A stretch of DNA of 64,000 bases from the NCBI GenBank assembly GCA_964291285.2, contig OZ219787.1, positions 1,184,001 to 1,248,000 of the forward strand. Reading direction: 5' to 3'. Made by a program: the position numbers and the translations under genes. This stretch comes from Alphaproteobacteria bacterium (GTDB lineage Bacteria; Pseudomonadota; Alphaproteobacteria; Bin95). The notes under the pieces were generated by a model. That model ran no database searches and was not told where the DNA came from. It saw nothing but the letters and a program-made list of their open reading frames with translations. Below are positions 10,469 to 19,625 of the stretch, piece by piece. Positions within the stretch are counted from its first letter, which is position 1. The number at the start of each line of letters is the position of its first letter.

Positions 10469-13400
10469 GTGTCGCAACGCAAGCTCCTCGTCGCCAATCG
10501 AAGCGAGATCGCGATCCGGGTCATGCGGGCGGCGACCGAACTCGGCTTGCGGACCGTCGCGATCTATGCCGAGGAAGACAAGCTCGCCCTGCACCGGTTC
10601 AAGGCTGACGAGAGCTACCGCATCGGCGAAGGTCTGGGTCCGGTCACGGCCTATCTCGACATCGACGAGATCGTGTTTACGGCCAGGCGGACAGGCGCCG
10701 ACCTGCTTCACCCCGGCTACGGCTTCGTCTCCGAGAAGCCCGAGCTGGCCGATGCCTGCGCACGAAACGGCATCACCTTCGTCGGGCCGCCGGCCGAGGT
10801 CATGCGCACGCTCGGCAACAAGGTGGCCGCGCGCGACCTCGCCGCATCGGTCGGCGTTCCGGTCATGCCGGCAACGGGCCCCCTGCCGCCGGACGAGGCG
10901 GAATGCCGGAGACTGGCCGGTGAGGTCGGCTATCCGCTGATGCTGAAGGCAAGCTGGGGCGGCGGCGGGCGCGGCATGCGCATCGTCGAGACCCCCGACG
11001 AATTGATCGAGCGGATCGAGGCCGGGCGCCGGGAGGCCGAGGTCGCGTTCGGCAATGGCGAGGTCTATCTGGAGAAGCTGGTCGAGCGGGCACGGCATGT
11101 CGAGGTGCAGGTTCTCGGCGACCGCCACGGCAATCTGGTGCATCTCTTCGAGCGGGACTGCTCGCTTCAGCGCCGCAACCAGAAGGTCGTCGAGCGCGCG
11201 CCGGCACCCTATCTCGGCGACGAAGCGCGCCGGGGAATCTGCGCCGCGGCCCTCAGACTCTGCCGCGCGGCCAACTATGTCGGCGCCGGCACCGTCGAGT
11301 TCCTGATGGATGCCGACAGCGGAGCCTTCTATTTCATCGAGGTCAATCCGCGCATTCAGGTCGAGCACACGGTGACCGAGGAGGTGACCGGCATCGACAT
11401 CGTCAAGGCGCAGATCCAGATCGCGCTCGGCGAGCGCATAGGCGACGAGCGCAGGACGGGCGTGCCGTCCCAGGAGGACATCCGCCTGCGCGGCCACGCC
11501 CTGCAATGCCGGATCACCACCGAAGACCCGGAGTCGAATTTCAAGCCCGACTACGGCCGCATCACCGCCTACCGGGGCGCGACCGGCTTCGGCATCCGGC
11601 TGGACGGGGGCACGGCCTATTCCGGCGCCGTCATCACCCGCTACTACGACAGCCTGCTGGAGAAGGTCACGGCCTGGGCCGCCGGCAGGGAAGAAGCCGT
11701 CCGCCGCATGGACCGGGCGCTCCGGGAGTTCCGGATACGCGGCGTCGCGACCAATCTCGTCTTTCTCGAGAATGTCATAAACCACCCGCAATTCCTGGCC
11801 GACGAGGTCACCACGCGCTTCATCGATACGACGCCGGAGCTGCTGCATTTTCCGAGGCGCCGCGACCGGGCGACGCGCCTGCTGCGCTACATCGCCGACG
11901 TCACCGTCAACGGCAATCCCGAGGTCGCCGGCCGGCCGAGGCCGTCGGCCACGGCCTTCGCGCCCGCCATTCCCGCCTTCGATCCCGCCGGGCCTGTCGT
12001 GTCCGGCACGAAGCAGCTGCTCGACGAGCGCGGGCCGGAGGGCTTCCGGGACTGGATGCTGGCAGAGCAGCGCGTGCTGATTACCGACACCACCATGCGC
12101 GATGCCCACCAGTCGCTGCTCGCGACGCGCATGCGCTCCTACGACATGGTGGCGGTCAGCGAAGCCTATGCGCACCGGCTGCCGCAGCTCCTGTCCCTGG
12201 AGTGCTGGGGCGGGGCCACCTTCGATGTCGCCATGCGGTTCCTCAGGGAGGACCCCTGGGACCGCCTGGGCGACATTCGTCGGCGCGTCCCGAACATCCT
12301 CCTGCAGATGCTGCTGCGCGCCTCCAATGCCGTCGGCTACGCCAACTATCCCGACAATGCAGTGCGCTACTTCGTCGAGAAGTCGGCCGATGCCGGCGTC
12401 GATCTCTTCCGCGTCTTCGACAGCCTCAACTGGGTGGAGAACATGAAGGTCGCCATCGACGCCGTGCTGGAGACCGGCCGGCTCTGCGAAGCGGCGATCT
12501 GCTACACGGGCGATCTCTTCGACGGGGACCGGGCGAAATACGATCTCGACTACTATCTCGCCATGGCGCGTGAGCTGAAGGCGGCCGGCGCGCACATTCT
12601 CGGCGTCAAGGACATGGCCGGCCTCTGCCGCCCCGACCACGCCCGCCTCCTGGTGCGGAAACTGAAGGAGGAGACGGGCCTTCCCGTCCACTTCCACACC
12701 CACGACACCTCGGGCATATCGGCCGCAACTGTGCTGGCCGCGTGCGAGGCCGGCGCGGATGCCGTCGATGCCGCGATGGACAGCTTCTCCGGCCTCACAT
12801 CCCAGCCCAATCTCGGCTCCATCGTCGCGGCGCTGGGCGACGGCCCCCGGTGCAGCGGCATAGACCCGGCGACCGTCCGCGCCTTCTCCGACTACTGGGA
12901 AGCGGTCAGGGCGCAATATGCGGCCTTCGAGCCCGACCTGCGCGCCGGCGCCTCGGAGGTCTATCTGCACGAGATGCCGGGCGGCCAGTTCACCAATCTC
13001 AAGGAACAGGCGCGCGCGCTCGGCCTGGCGGACCGCTGGCACGAGGTCGCCCGCATGTATGCTGAAGCCAACCGGCTGTTCGGAGACATCGTGAAGGTGA
13101 CGCCCTCGTCGAAAGTGGTCGGCGACATGGCGCTCTACATGGTGGCCAGCGGGGTGACGCCGGAGCAGGTCCTGGACCCGGACGTCGAGGTCGCCTTTCC
13201 CGGCTCCGTGGTCTCGATGCTGCGCGGCGAGCTCGGCCAGCCGCCCGGCGGCTGGCCGGAGGCGATACAGGCCAAGGCGCTGCGCGGCGAGGCGCCGATC
13301 GCCGGCCGGCCGGCGGACCATCTGTCCCCGATGGACCTCGACGCCGAACGCAAGGAGGCCGAGAGAGCCGCCGGGCGCAGCGTGTCGGACTACGAGCTCG

Positions 13401-13924
13401 CCTCCAGCATCATGTATCCGGCCGTCTTCGCCGATTACGCCCGGCACCGCCGCAGGTTCGGGCGCCTGGACGTTCTCTCCACCCCGGTCTTCTTCTACGG
13501 CATGACGCCGGGCCAGGAGATCGCCGTCGAGATTGATGCCGGAAAGGCGCTGGTCATCCGCCTGATGGCCGTCGGCGAGGCCGACGAGCGGGGCGAGCGC
13601 GAGGTCTTCTTCGAGCTCAACGGGCAGCCGCGCGTCATCGCGGTGCCGGACGCCGGCGTCGCCCCCCGGGTTCCGGCCAACGAACGCGCCGACCCGGACG
13701 ACCCCAACCAGGTCGCCGCGCCCATGCCGGGCGTGGTATCGACCCTGGTGGTATCGATCGGCCAGCCGGTCCGGTCCGGCGACGTGCTGCTGACGCTGGA
13801 AGCGATGAAGATGGAAACCTCCGTCACCGCGCCGGCGGCCGGCACGGTTTCGCGTCTGCCCGTTTCCGTCGGCAGCGTCGTCGATGCGAAGGACCTGCTT
13901 GCGGTCATCCAGCCTCCGGCCTGA
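10469..13924 (+). CDS. pyc: Pyruvate carboxylase
   Basis: ANRSEIAIR, HPGYGF, ERDCSLQRR, RDAHQSLL, HFHTHDT and the biotinyl EAMKM; 1151 aa. Confidence 0.97.
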   Translation: MSQRKLLVANRSEIAIRVMRAATELGLRTVAIYAEEDKLALHRFKADESYRIGEGLGPVTAYLDIDEIVFTARRTGADLLHPGYGFVSEKPELADACARNGITFVGPPAEVMRTLGNKVAARDLAASVGVPVMPATGPLPPDEAECRRLAGEVGYPLMLKASWGGGGRGMRIVETPDELIERIEAGRREAEVAFGNGEVYLEKLVERARHVEVQVLGDRHGNLVHLFERDCSLQRRNQKVVERAPAPYLGDEARRGICAAALRLCRAANYVGAGTVEFLMDADSGAFYFIEVNPRIQVEHTVTEEVTGIDIVKAQIQIALGERIGDERRTGVPSQEDIRLRGHALQCRITTEDPESNFKPDYGRITAYRGATGFGIRLDGGTAYSGAVITRYYDSLLEKVTAWAAGREEAVRRMDRALREFRIRGVATNLVFLENVINHPQFLADEVTTRFIDTTPELLHFPRRRDRATRLLRYIADVTVNGNPEVAGRPRPSATAFAPAIPAFDPAGPVVSGTKQLLDERGPEGFRDWMLAEQRVLITDTTMRDAHQSLLATRMRSYDMVAVSEAYAHRLPQLLSLECWGGATFDVAMRFLREDPWDRLGDIRRRVPNILLQMLLRASNAVGYANYPDNAVRYFVEKSADAGVDLFRVFDSLNWVENMKVAIDAVLETGRLCEAAICYTGDLFDGDRAKYDLDYYLAMARELKAAGAHILGVKDMAGLCRPDHARLLVRKLKEETGLPVHFHTHDTSGISAATVLAACEAGADAVDAAMDSFSGLTSQPNLGSIVAALGDGPRCSGIDPATVRAFSDYWEAVRAQYAAFEPDLRAGASEVYLHEMPGGQFTNLKEQARALGLADRWHEVARMYAEANRLFGDIVKVTPSSKVVGDMALYMVASGVTPEQVLDPDVEVAFPGSVVSMLRGELGQPPGGWPEAIQAKALRGEAPIAGRPADHLSPMDLDAERKEAERAAGRSVSDYELASSIMYPAVFADYARHRRRFGRLDVLSTPVFFYGMTPGQEIAVEIDAGKALVIRLMAVGEADERGEREVFFELNGQPRVIAVPDAGVAPRVPANERADPDDPNQVAAPMPGVVSTLVVSIGQPVRSGDVLLTLEAMKMETSVTAPAAGTVSRLPVSVGSVVDAKDLLAVIQPPA

Positions 13925-14066
13925 CGGGTCGCCCGGCAAACCTGCCGCTGGCGCGGACGGTCGCCCCGATACCCGCTGCCGTGCTATCTCTCGCGCGTCT
14001 TCGGGGAACGGCGATGAACGGCGGATTTGCGGCCCGGCGCGGCGGCGGGCAGGGCGAAGGGTGACG

Positions 14067-15449
14067 ATGCGCTATCTGAGCACGCGCGGCGAGGCGGCGG
14101 AGCGGGACTTCTCCGGCGTCCTGCTGACGGGCCTGGCGGAGGATGGCGGGCTCTGGCAGCCAGGCGAATGGCCGCGGCTGGACGAAGCCGCGCGCGCGCC
14201 GGGCGCGGGCTATGCCGAGCGCGCCTTCGCGGTCACCCGCCCCTTCACGGCCGGCGCGCTGGAGGGGGAGGACTGGCGCGCGCTGCTGGCCGACGTCTAT
14301 GCGGGCTTCCGCCACCCGGCCACGGTCCCGCTCGTGCAGCTCGACACGAATCTCTGGCTGATGGAGCTGTTCCACGGGCCGACCTTCGCCTTCAAGGACC
14401 TGGCGATGCAGGCGCTCGGGCGGCTGTTCGACCTCGTGCTGAAGGCGCGCGGCGAGCGCATCACCATCATTGGCGCGACCTCGGGCGACACCGGCGCGGC
14501 GGCCGTGGAGGCGGTCAAGGGACTGGAGACCATCGACCTCGTCATGCTCTACCCGCACGGGCGCATTTCGGATGTGCAGCGCCGGCAGATGACCACGGTG
14601 GAGGAGCCCAATATCCACACGGTCGCGCTGGAAGGCACGTTCGACGACTGCCAGGACCTGGTGAAGGCGCTCTTTGCCGACACGCGGCTCCGCGAGGACT
14701 GGCGCTTCGCCGCCGTCAACTCGATCAACTGGGCCCGCGTCATGGTCCAGACGGTCTATTACGTCCATGCAGCGGCGCAATTGGGCGGCGGGCCGGTCGC
14801 CTTCGCCGTGCCGAGCGGCAATTTCGGCAATGTCTATGCGGGCTATGCCGCGCGCGAAATGGGCCTCGACGCGCCGCGCTTCATTGTCGGCTCCAACAGC
14901 AACGACATCCTGGCCCGCTTCTTCGAGGCGGGCGACATGTCCACAAGGCCGGTGACACCCAGCTGGTCGCCCTCCATGGACATCCAGGTTTCCAGCAATT
15001 TCGAGCGCCTGCTGCACGACCTGCTGGACCGGGACGGCCCGGCCGTCGCCCGGCACATGGCGGCCTTCCGGCAGAGCGGGCGGCTGCCGCTCGACGAAGC
15101 GCGCTGGCAGGCGGCGCGAAAGCTGTTCCGGGGCCATGCGGTGGACGACGAGGGCACGCTCGCCGGGATCGCGCGCACCCACGGCGAAACGGGCATGACC
15201 GTGGATCCGCACACCGCCGTCGGCATTGCGGCCGCCGAGGCGCTCCGCGATCCCGATATACCGACGGTCGCGCTGGCAACCGCCCATCCGGCCAAGTTCC
15301 CCGAGGCGGTGGAGCGCGCCATCGGCCGCCGCCCGCCGCTGCCCGATGCGCTCGCCGAGCAGGCGGAGCGCCCCGAGCGGGCGGAGCGGATGGCGAACGA
15401 CCTCGGCCTTCTCAAAACCTTCATTCGCGAAAGGGTGCGCCGGCCATGA
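14067..15449 (+). CDS. thrC: Threonine synthase
   Basis: MRYLSTRG, ELFHGPTFAFKD (PLP Lys), ATSGDTG, VPSGNFGN, TAHPAKF. Confidence 0.96.
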   Translation: MRYLSTRGEAAERDFSGVLLTGLAEDGGLWQPGEWPRLDEAARAPGAGYAERAFAVTRPFTAGALEGEDWRALLADVYAGFRHPATVPLVQLDTNLWLMELFHGPTFAFKDLAMQALGRLFDLVLKARGERITIIGATSGDTGAAAVEAVKGLETIDLVMLYPHGRISDVQRRQMTTVEEPNIHTVALEGTFDDCQDLVKALFADTRLREDWRFAAVNSINWARVMVQTVYYVHAAAQLGGGPVAFAVPSGNFGNVYAGYAAREMGLDAPRFIVGSNSNDILARFFEAGDMSTRPVTPSWSPSMDIQVSSNFERLLHDLLDRDGPAVARHMAAFRQSGRLPLDEARWQAARKLFRGHAVDDEGTLAGIARTHGETGMTVDPHTAVGIAAAEALRDPDIPTVALATAHPAKFPEAVERAIGRRPPLPDALAEQAERPERAERMANDLGLLKTFIRERVRRP

Positions 15450-16660
15450 GCGTCACCGTCTCCACCCTGCCGAACGGCCTCCGGGTCGCGACCGACACCA
15501 TGAAGACCGTCGAGACCGTCTCGCTCGGCATGTGGGTAGGCGTCGGCACGCGCCATGAGCGCGCGGCCGAGAACGGCGTCTCGCACCTGCTGGAGCACAT
15601 GGCCTTCAAGGGCACGGAACGGCGCACGGCCGGCGACATCGCCCGCGAGATCGAGGCGGTGGGCGGGTTCCTCAACGCCTATACCGCGCGCGAGGTCACG
15701 GCCTATTACGCCAAGGTGCTGAAGGAGGACGCGGCGCTCGCGGTCGATATCCTGGCCGACATCCTGACCGGCTCCGTCTTCGACGCGGAGGAGCTGGAGC
15801 GCGAGCGCACGGTCATCCTGCAGGAGATCGGGCAGGCGCAGGACTTCCCCGAAGACGTGGCGTTCGACCTGTTTCAGGAGACCGCCTTTCCGGATCAGGC
15901 GATGGGCCGCAGCATTCTCGGCCGCCCGGAGGTGGTGCGTTCGCTGCCGCGGGAAGCGGTCGCCGGCTGGATGGGAGAGCGCTACCGGGCACCCGCCATG
16001 GTGCTGGCGGCGGCGGGGCATATCGAGCACGAGGCGCTGCGGGGTCTCGCGGAGCGCCATTTCGCAGATCTGCCGGATACGTCGGCGCCCGTTCCGGAGG
16101 CCGCCCGCTATGCCGGCGGCGAGGCGCGGGAGGCCCGTGACCTGGAGCAGACCCACCTCGTGCTGGGCTTCGAAGGGCCGAGCTTCCGCGAGGCCGGCTT
16201 CTATCCCGCGCAGGTGTTCTCGACGCTCTATGGCGGCGGCATGTCCTCGCGCCTCTTCCAGGAGGTGCGCGAGAAGCGCGGGCTGGTCTATGCCATCTAT
16301 TCCTTCGCCTCGTCCGCGGCAGATACCGGGCTGGTGGGCGTCTATGCCGGCACGGCGCAGGAAAACGCGGAGGAAGTGCTCGCCATCGTGCGCGGCGAAC
16401 TGGAAGACCTGGCCGGCAGCGGGCCGGACGAGGACGAGCTCGACCGCGCCCGCGCGCAGCTTCGCGCCAGCCTGCTGATGGCGCGGGAAAGCACCTCCTC
16501 GCGCTGCGAGCAGATCGCCCAGCAGCTCCTGGTCCACAACCGCCCGATCCCGCCGGAGGAACTGACGGAGCGCGTCGAGGCGGTAAGCGCGGCCGAGGTC
16601 ATGGGCATCGCCGCCCGCTATGCCAGCGCGCCGCCAAGCCTCGTGGTGCTCGGGCCCTGA
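15446..16660 (+). CDS. M16 (pitrilysin) family Zn peptidase
   Basis: Inverted Zn motif HLLEHMAFKGT, LNAYT, GGGMSSRLFQEVREKRGL; usual position after thrC. Confidence 0.93.
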   Translation: MSVTVSTLPNGLRVATDTMKTVETVSLGMWVGVGTRHERAAENGVSHLLEHMAFKGTERRTAGDIAREIEAVGGFLNAYTAREVTAYYAKVLKEDAALAVDILADILTGSVFDAEELERERTVILQEIGQAQDFPEDVAFDLFQETAFPDQAMGRSILGRPEVVRSLPREAVAGWMGERYRAPAMVLAAAGHIEHEALRGLAERHFADLPDTSAPVPEAARYAGGEAREARDLEQTHLVLGFEGPSFREAGFYPAQVFSTLYGGGMSSRLFQEVREKRGLVYAIYSFASSAADTGLVGVYAGTAQENAEEVLAIVRGELEDLAGSGPDEDELDRARAQLRASLLMARESTSSRCEQIAQQLLVHNRPIPPEELTERVEAVSAAEVMGIAARYASAPPSLVVLGP

Positions 16661-16678
16661 GCGAAGGAAGGTAGGGAC

Positions 16679-17416
16679 ATGGCGAAGACCGCAATCGTGA
16701 CCGGCGGGAGCCGGGGGATCGGGGCTTCGGTCTGTCGGCTGTTGGGGGCCGAGGGCTGGAATGTGGTGGTGAACTATGCCGGCAGGGCGGATGCCGCCGA
16801 GGCGGTGGTGCGCGATGTCGAGGCCGCCGGCGGGCGTGCGCTGGCGGTACAGGCGGATGTGGCCCGGAAGGCCGATGTGGACCGGCTGTTCGCGGCGGGC
16901 GACGAGGCGTTCGGCGGGCTCGATGCGCTGGTGAACAATGCGGGCGTGATCGGGCGGCGCGGGCGCTTCGAGGAGCTGGACGGGCCGGTGATGGAAGAGG
17001 TGCTGGCCGTCAATGTGCTCGGCTGCATGCTGTGCGCGCATGCGGCGATCCTGCGCCTTTCCACCCGCCATGGCGGGCGCGGCGGTTCCATCGTCAACAT
17101 TTCTTCGGGCAATGCCGTCTCGGGCGGCCCGGGCGAGTCCGTGCTCTACAGTGTGTCCAAGGGCGCGGTGAACTCGCTCACCATCGGCCTCTCGCAGGAG
17201 CTTGCCGGGGAGGGCATCCGGGTCAACACCGTCAGCCCTGGCCTCACCGACACCGACATGCCGGGGCCGGACAAGATCGCCGCCATCGGCCCGACGATTC
17301 CGATGGGGCGCGTCGCGCACCCGGACGAGATCGCGGAGGGCGTCGTCTGGCTCTTGTCCGACAAGGCGTCCTATGTCGCCGGCGCCAACCTGCGCATCGG
17401 CGGCGGGCGCCCCTGA
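16679..17416 (+). CDS. SDR family oxidoreductase
   Basis: TGGSRGIG, NNAG, YSVSK. Confidence 0.92.
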   Translation: MAKTAIVTGGSRGIGASVCRLLGAEGWNVVVNYAGRADAAEAVVRDVEAAGGRALAVQADVARKADVDRLFAAGDEAFGGLDALVNNAGVIGRRGRFEELDGPVMEEVLAVNVLGCMLCAHAAILRLSTRHGGRGGSIVNISSGNAVSGGPGESVLYSVSKGAVNSLTIGLSQELAGEGIRVNTVSPGLTDTDMPGPDKIAAIGPTIPMGRVAHPDEIAEGVVWLLSDKASYVAGANLRIGGGRP

Positions 17417-17476
17417 GCGGGCCCGGCCGATCGGGCCGTTGGACAATCGCGCGCCGCCGGGGCAGGCTGCCGGGCC

Positions 17477-18373
17477 ATGATGGATCGCTTCCCCTACATC
17501 CCGCTGCCCGAGCGCCCGAAACTGGTCTGGCCCGGGGGCAAGCGGCTCGCCGTCTGGGTGCTGCCCAATATCGAGCATTACGAATACCGGCCGGCATTCG
17601 AGAGCCGGCGCGAGCCTTGGCCGCGCATGCCCGCCCCGGATGTGGTCGGCTACGGCGTGCGCGACTACGGCAACCGCGTCGGCGTCTGGCGGATGTTCGA
17701 TTGCCTGGCCCGCCACGGCGTCCGGGCCACGATCTCGCTGAATTTCGGCGTGATCGAGCACTATCCGGAAGTCTGGCAGGCGATCCGCGAGCGCGGCGAC
17801 GATATCCTCTGCCACGGCTTCTACAACACGCGCTACCTCTGGGGGCTCGGCGAGGAGGACGAGCGCGCCGTCATCCGCGATTGCGTCGAGACCTACGCCC
17901 GCGCCACCGGCGGCGAGATGCTGCCGGGCTGGTTCGGCCCCGCCGCCTCCGGCACCTTCAACACGGCCGATATCGTGAAGGAGCTCGGCATCGGCTACAC
18001 CGCCGACTACTACCATGACGACCAGCCGACCCTGGTACGCACCAAGCACGGGCCCCTGCCCTGCGTGCCCTATTCCATGGATATCAACGACGCCATTGTT
18101 TATCGCTGGCAGAGCGAGGGCGCGGAGTTCGCGCGCATGATCCGCGACGCCTTCGACACGCTCTACGAGGAGGGCGCCGAGACCGGGCGGGTGCTGGCGA
18201 TCTGCTTGCATCCCTACCTTTACGGCCAGCCGCACCGGATCAAGTATCTGGACGAGGCGCTCGGCTATGTGATGAGCCACGAAGGCGTGTGGCAGGCGAC
18301 GGGCTCCGAGATCGCGGACTGGGCGATGCAAGAATGGCTGCCCTCCTGGGCCCTGCCGGAGGAAGGGGCGTGA
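17477..18373 (+). CDS. Polysaccharide deacetylase (PuuE-like) family protein
   Basis: WPGGKRLAVW, DYGNRVGVWR, CHG, LHPYLYGQPHR. Confidence 0.85.
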   Translation: MMDRFPYIPLPERPKLVWPGGKRLAVWVLPNIEHYEYRPAFESRREPWPRMPAPDVVGYGVRDYGNRVGVWRMFDCLARHGVRATISLNFGVIEHYPEVWQAIRERGDDILCHGFYNTRYLWGLGEEDERAVIRDCVETYARATGGEMLPGWFGPAASGTFNTADIVKELGIGYTADYYHDDQPTLVRTKHGPLPCVPYSMDINDAIVYRWQSEGAEFARMIRDAFDTLYEEGAETGRVLAICLHPYLYGQPHRIKYLDEALGYVMSHEGVWQATGSEIADWAMQEWLPSWALPEEGA

Positions 18374-19281
18374 GCGAGCAGACGCGCCGCTACCGGGACG
18401 GCCCCGGCTATGACCACCCCTGGTTCGACTGGCCGCCGCGGGAGGCCCCGACCGTCTGGCCGGGCGGGGCGCGGCTCGCGGTGATGCCGCTGCTGCATGT
18501 CGAGCATTTCGAGCTCGACCCGGAGGCGGACGCCGTCGCCGACCCGCGCTTCGCCGGTGCGCTCGGCAGCTACCGGCCGGACTACAACAATTTCTCCCGC
18601 CGGCTCTACGGGCTGCGCGTCGGCGTCTGGCGGCTGTTCGACATATTGAAGGCGCACGGGCTGAGGGCCACCGTCGCGCTCGGCGCCGCCGCCGCCGAGG
18701 AGTGCCCGCAGATCGTCGAGCGCGCGCTCAGGGACGGCCACGGCATCGCCGCGCACGGCACGGTCGCCAACCGGATGATCTCCGAAAGGATGAGCGAAGC
18801 GGAGGAGCGCGCCTTCATCGCCGAGTCGACCGCGCGGCTCGAAGCCTGCCTCGGGCGCCGTCCGCGCGGCTGGGTCGGCCAGGACCACGGCGAAAGCTCG
18901 CGCACGCCGGGCCTGCTGGCGGAAGCGGGCTTCGACCATGTCATCGACTGGCCGAACGACGAGCGCCCGGTGCCCATGCGCACCGAGCCGCCCATCGTCT
19001 CGATTCCGGCCCACACCGAGTGGGACGACGCGGAACTGTTCGCCGTGCGCAAGGTGGATGCGTGGCGCTATCCGGACCTCATCGCCGACGCCGCCGAATG
19101 CCTGCACGGCGAGGGCGGAAGAATGATGACGCTCGGCATCCACGCCTGGATCTTCGGCCAGCCGCACCGCAGCCGCCATCTCGACGCCGCGCTTGGCCGG
19201 CTGCTGGAGCGCGACGGCATCTGGAACGCGACCTCCGACGAGATCGCCGACCTGGCGCTGGGGAACGCCCGCATCGTTTGA
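18370..19281 (+). CDS. Second polysaccharide deacetylase (PuuE-like) family protein
   Basis: WPGGARLAV, YGLRVGVWRL, AHG, IHAWIFGQPHR; GTG start overlaps the previous stop. Confidence 0.82.
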   Translation: MSEQTRRYRDGPGYDHPWFDWPPREAPTVWPGGARLAVMPLLHVEHFELDPEADAVADPRFAGALGSYRPDYNNFSRRLYGLRVGVWRLFDILKAHGLRATVALGAAAAEECPQIVERALRDGHGIAAHGTVANRMISERMSEAEERAFIAESTARLEACLGRRPRGWVGQDHGESSRTPGLLAEAGFDHVIDWPNDERPVPMRTEPPIVSIPAHTEWDDAELFAVRKVDAWRYPDLIADAAECLHGEGGRMMTLGIHAWIFGQPHRSRHLDAALGRLLERDGIWNATSDEIADLALGNARIV

Positions 19282-19341
19282 TGGGCCCGGCCGGATGGCG
19301 TATGTTGGATATGGTTTTGCCGGCGCGCGGAAAGGGCCGTC

Positions 19342-19541
19342 ATGGAAAGCGATACGACGGCGATCATCTTCTCCGTCATCGGTGTCGGCGTTGTCCTGGC
19401 GGGGCTGATTCTACCGTGACCGGCCGTCTGAGCACCAGCCTGACGGCCGTGGAAAAGGAAACCGCCCGGCTTGCCGGACTGCTTGAAGGATTGGGGCTTG
19501 TGGGACGTACGGCTCCCCGTGCGTCCGGCGACGCGGATTAG
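19342..19541 (+). pseudogene. Frameshifted small membrane-anchored helical protein
   Basis: MESDTTAIIFSVIGVGVVLAGLIL (stop at 19419) continues in another frame as TVTGRLSTSLTAVEKETARLAGLLEGLGL...; adding one base near 19412 would join the two. Confidence 0.55.
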
Positions 19542-19625
19542 GCGCGGGTTTCGGGGGAAAAGCGACGGACTCTGGAACGCGGCCTCGGACGAGACCGCCG
19601 ATACGCTATGGGAGACTGCACGGCC

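Noticed and set aside
9458-13939. 1493-aa minus-strand ORF, and similar giants at 2975-5434, 14843-18331, 19761-23120, 33371-35938 and 46221-49700
   Set aside because: These are antisense or alternative-frame shadows of well-supported genes in high-GC DNA; they have no motifs and show the biased composition typical of such frames.
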